NCBI GenBank assembly: GCA_030704615.1
Contig: JAKLZA010000291.1
Span: 1 to 7,000, forward strand
DNA: 7,000 nucleotides
Source of the DNA: Takakia lepidozioides
Taxonomy: Eukaryota > Plantae > Bryophyta
Direction of reading: 5' to 3'
Made by a program: the position numbers and the translations under genes. The notes under the pieces were generated by a model. The model had not been told where the DNA came from. It worked only from the letters and a program-made list of their open reading frames with translations, and searched no databases. Positions 6,139 to 7,000 of this stretch are shown in pieces; the stretch's first letter is position 1; each line of letters starts with the position of its first letter.

Positions 6139-7000
6139 CTGTGATTAGACAACAACATCTTCTAGCACAGATTAGAGTTGGGTATTTTCTTATTGTGCCA
6201 CAAGGAGCAAAGCCATATCTAAGAGAAGTATAGAAGCACTTGATCAAAGGACATCATGGCGGCTGAGTGCTCGAGCAGCACGGTCTGCGCGCGCTTTGTT
6301 TTTTTAATGCGCGATGGCGGCAGGTACTTCCATTTCCCGACCTACTGCTGTGTTTGCCTGCAATCTTTCGCATTCATGAAGCAGCAGCGCTCTTAAGGAG
6401 ATGGGGGAAGTTAACTTGCACTTTGTAAAGATGCAATTTTCCTCAAGTCTCCCATTTTGTTGCATTCTATTGTGATCTCTTGAGATTCAGATGTTGAACG
6501 CCGCAGCGTCCCACTCCACAAACGATTAAGGTTCTTAGTGGTGTCGCATCTCTGTTCTTCTTTTGATCAATTTGCTCACAGTAGAATGCACGTTGGACAT
6601 GGATAGCTCAATCATAAGGTATATGATCTGATATAAGGCATCGGCTACATGAGACTAGCTAACAAAAGTAGTGTGCATTGACCGGATCATGTATAAGGTG
6701 TACACATACTCCCGTAAGCTGTCTTACCAGGGCTTAGCTCATAATATCGGCATTCAAAAGTCCTTTAGATGCTCCGTGCTTATTTCAGGTATTTTTGAGG
6801 CCGGTTATTTGGTTTTTCATCCCAATCTTTTTTCATCCAAATTTGGCTGATATTATTGTAGGATGATGAAACTTAATGTACAGAAAGCTTGGTTTACCAT
6901 TTGTTTCTTTCATCTAAACTGGATGAACTACATGAATAATGGTGACCTATTTTAATCCCAAGAGATAATAATTTTACCATCATTTATTATAAATGATGGC

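Noticed and set aside
6150-7000. Further genes or RNA genes in the AT-rich right end
   Set aside because: No ORF of 60 aa or more in the track, and no tRNA/rRNA signature or convincing exon chain that I could support.

Overview
Eukaryotic genomic DNA with short (~100 nt) GT-AG introns. A non-seed land plant such as a lycophyte or bryophyte is plausible but cannot be proven from the window. Reading frames are broken by many single-base indels, so the supplied ORF track is mostly fragments and shadows. Stitching frames by hand gives the following layout. (A) 180-2538 (+): the 3' part of a large multi-exon gene carrying a beta-class DNA amino-methyltransferase (N6A/N4C-type) fold, with a non-canonical catalytic motif (DIPD instead of DPPY/SPPY). 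(B) 2671-3394: a dense, irregularly spaced array of 11 copies of a 22-bp palindrome, GGAAATGCGG-NN-CCGCATTTCC. Solo copies also lie in two introns of gene A and between the next two genes. (C) A head-to-head pair of diverged paralogous genes of unknown family (~3649-4272 on -, ~4746-5347 on +), each followed by GATCAATAAA. (D) 5676-5862: a 73-bp duplication plus GCTCATG heptamers, after which the DNA becomes more AT-rich, lacks the palindrome and holds a probable terminal exon of a neighbouring gene. Together these suggest (inference) a cargo-bearing mobile or repeat element marked by its own palindromic site and encoding an MTase-like protein. No transposase is visible in the window.
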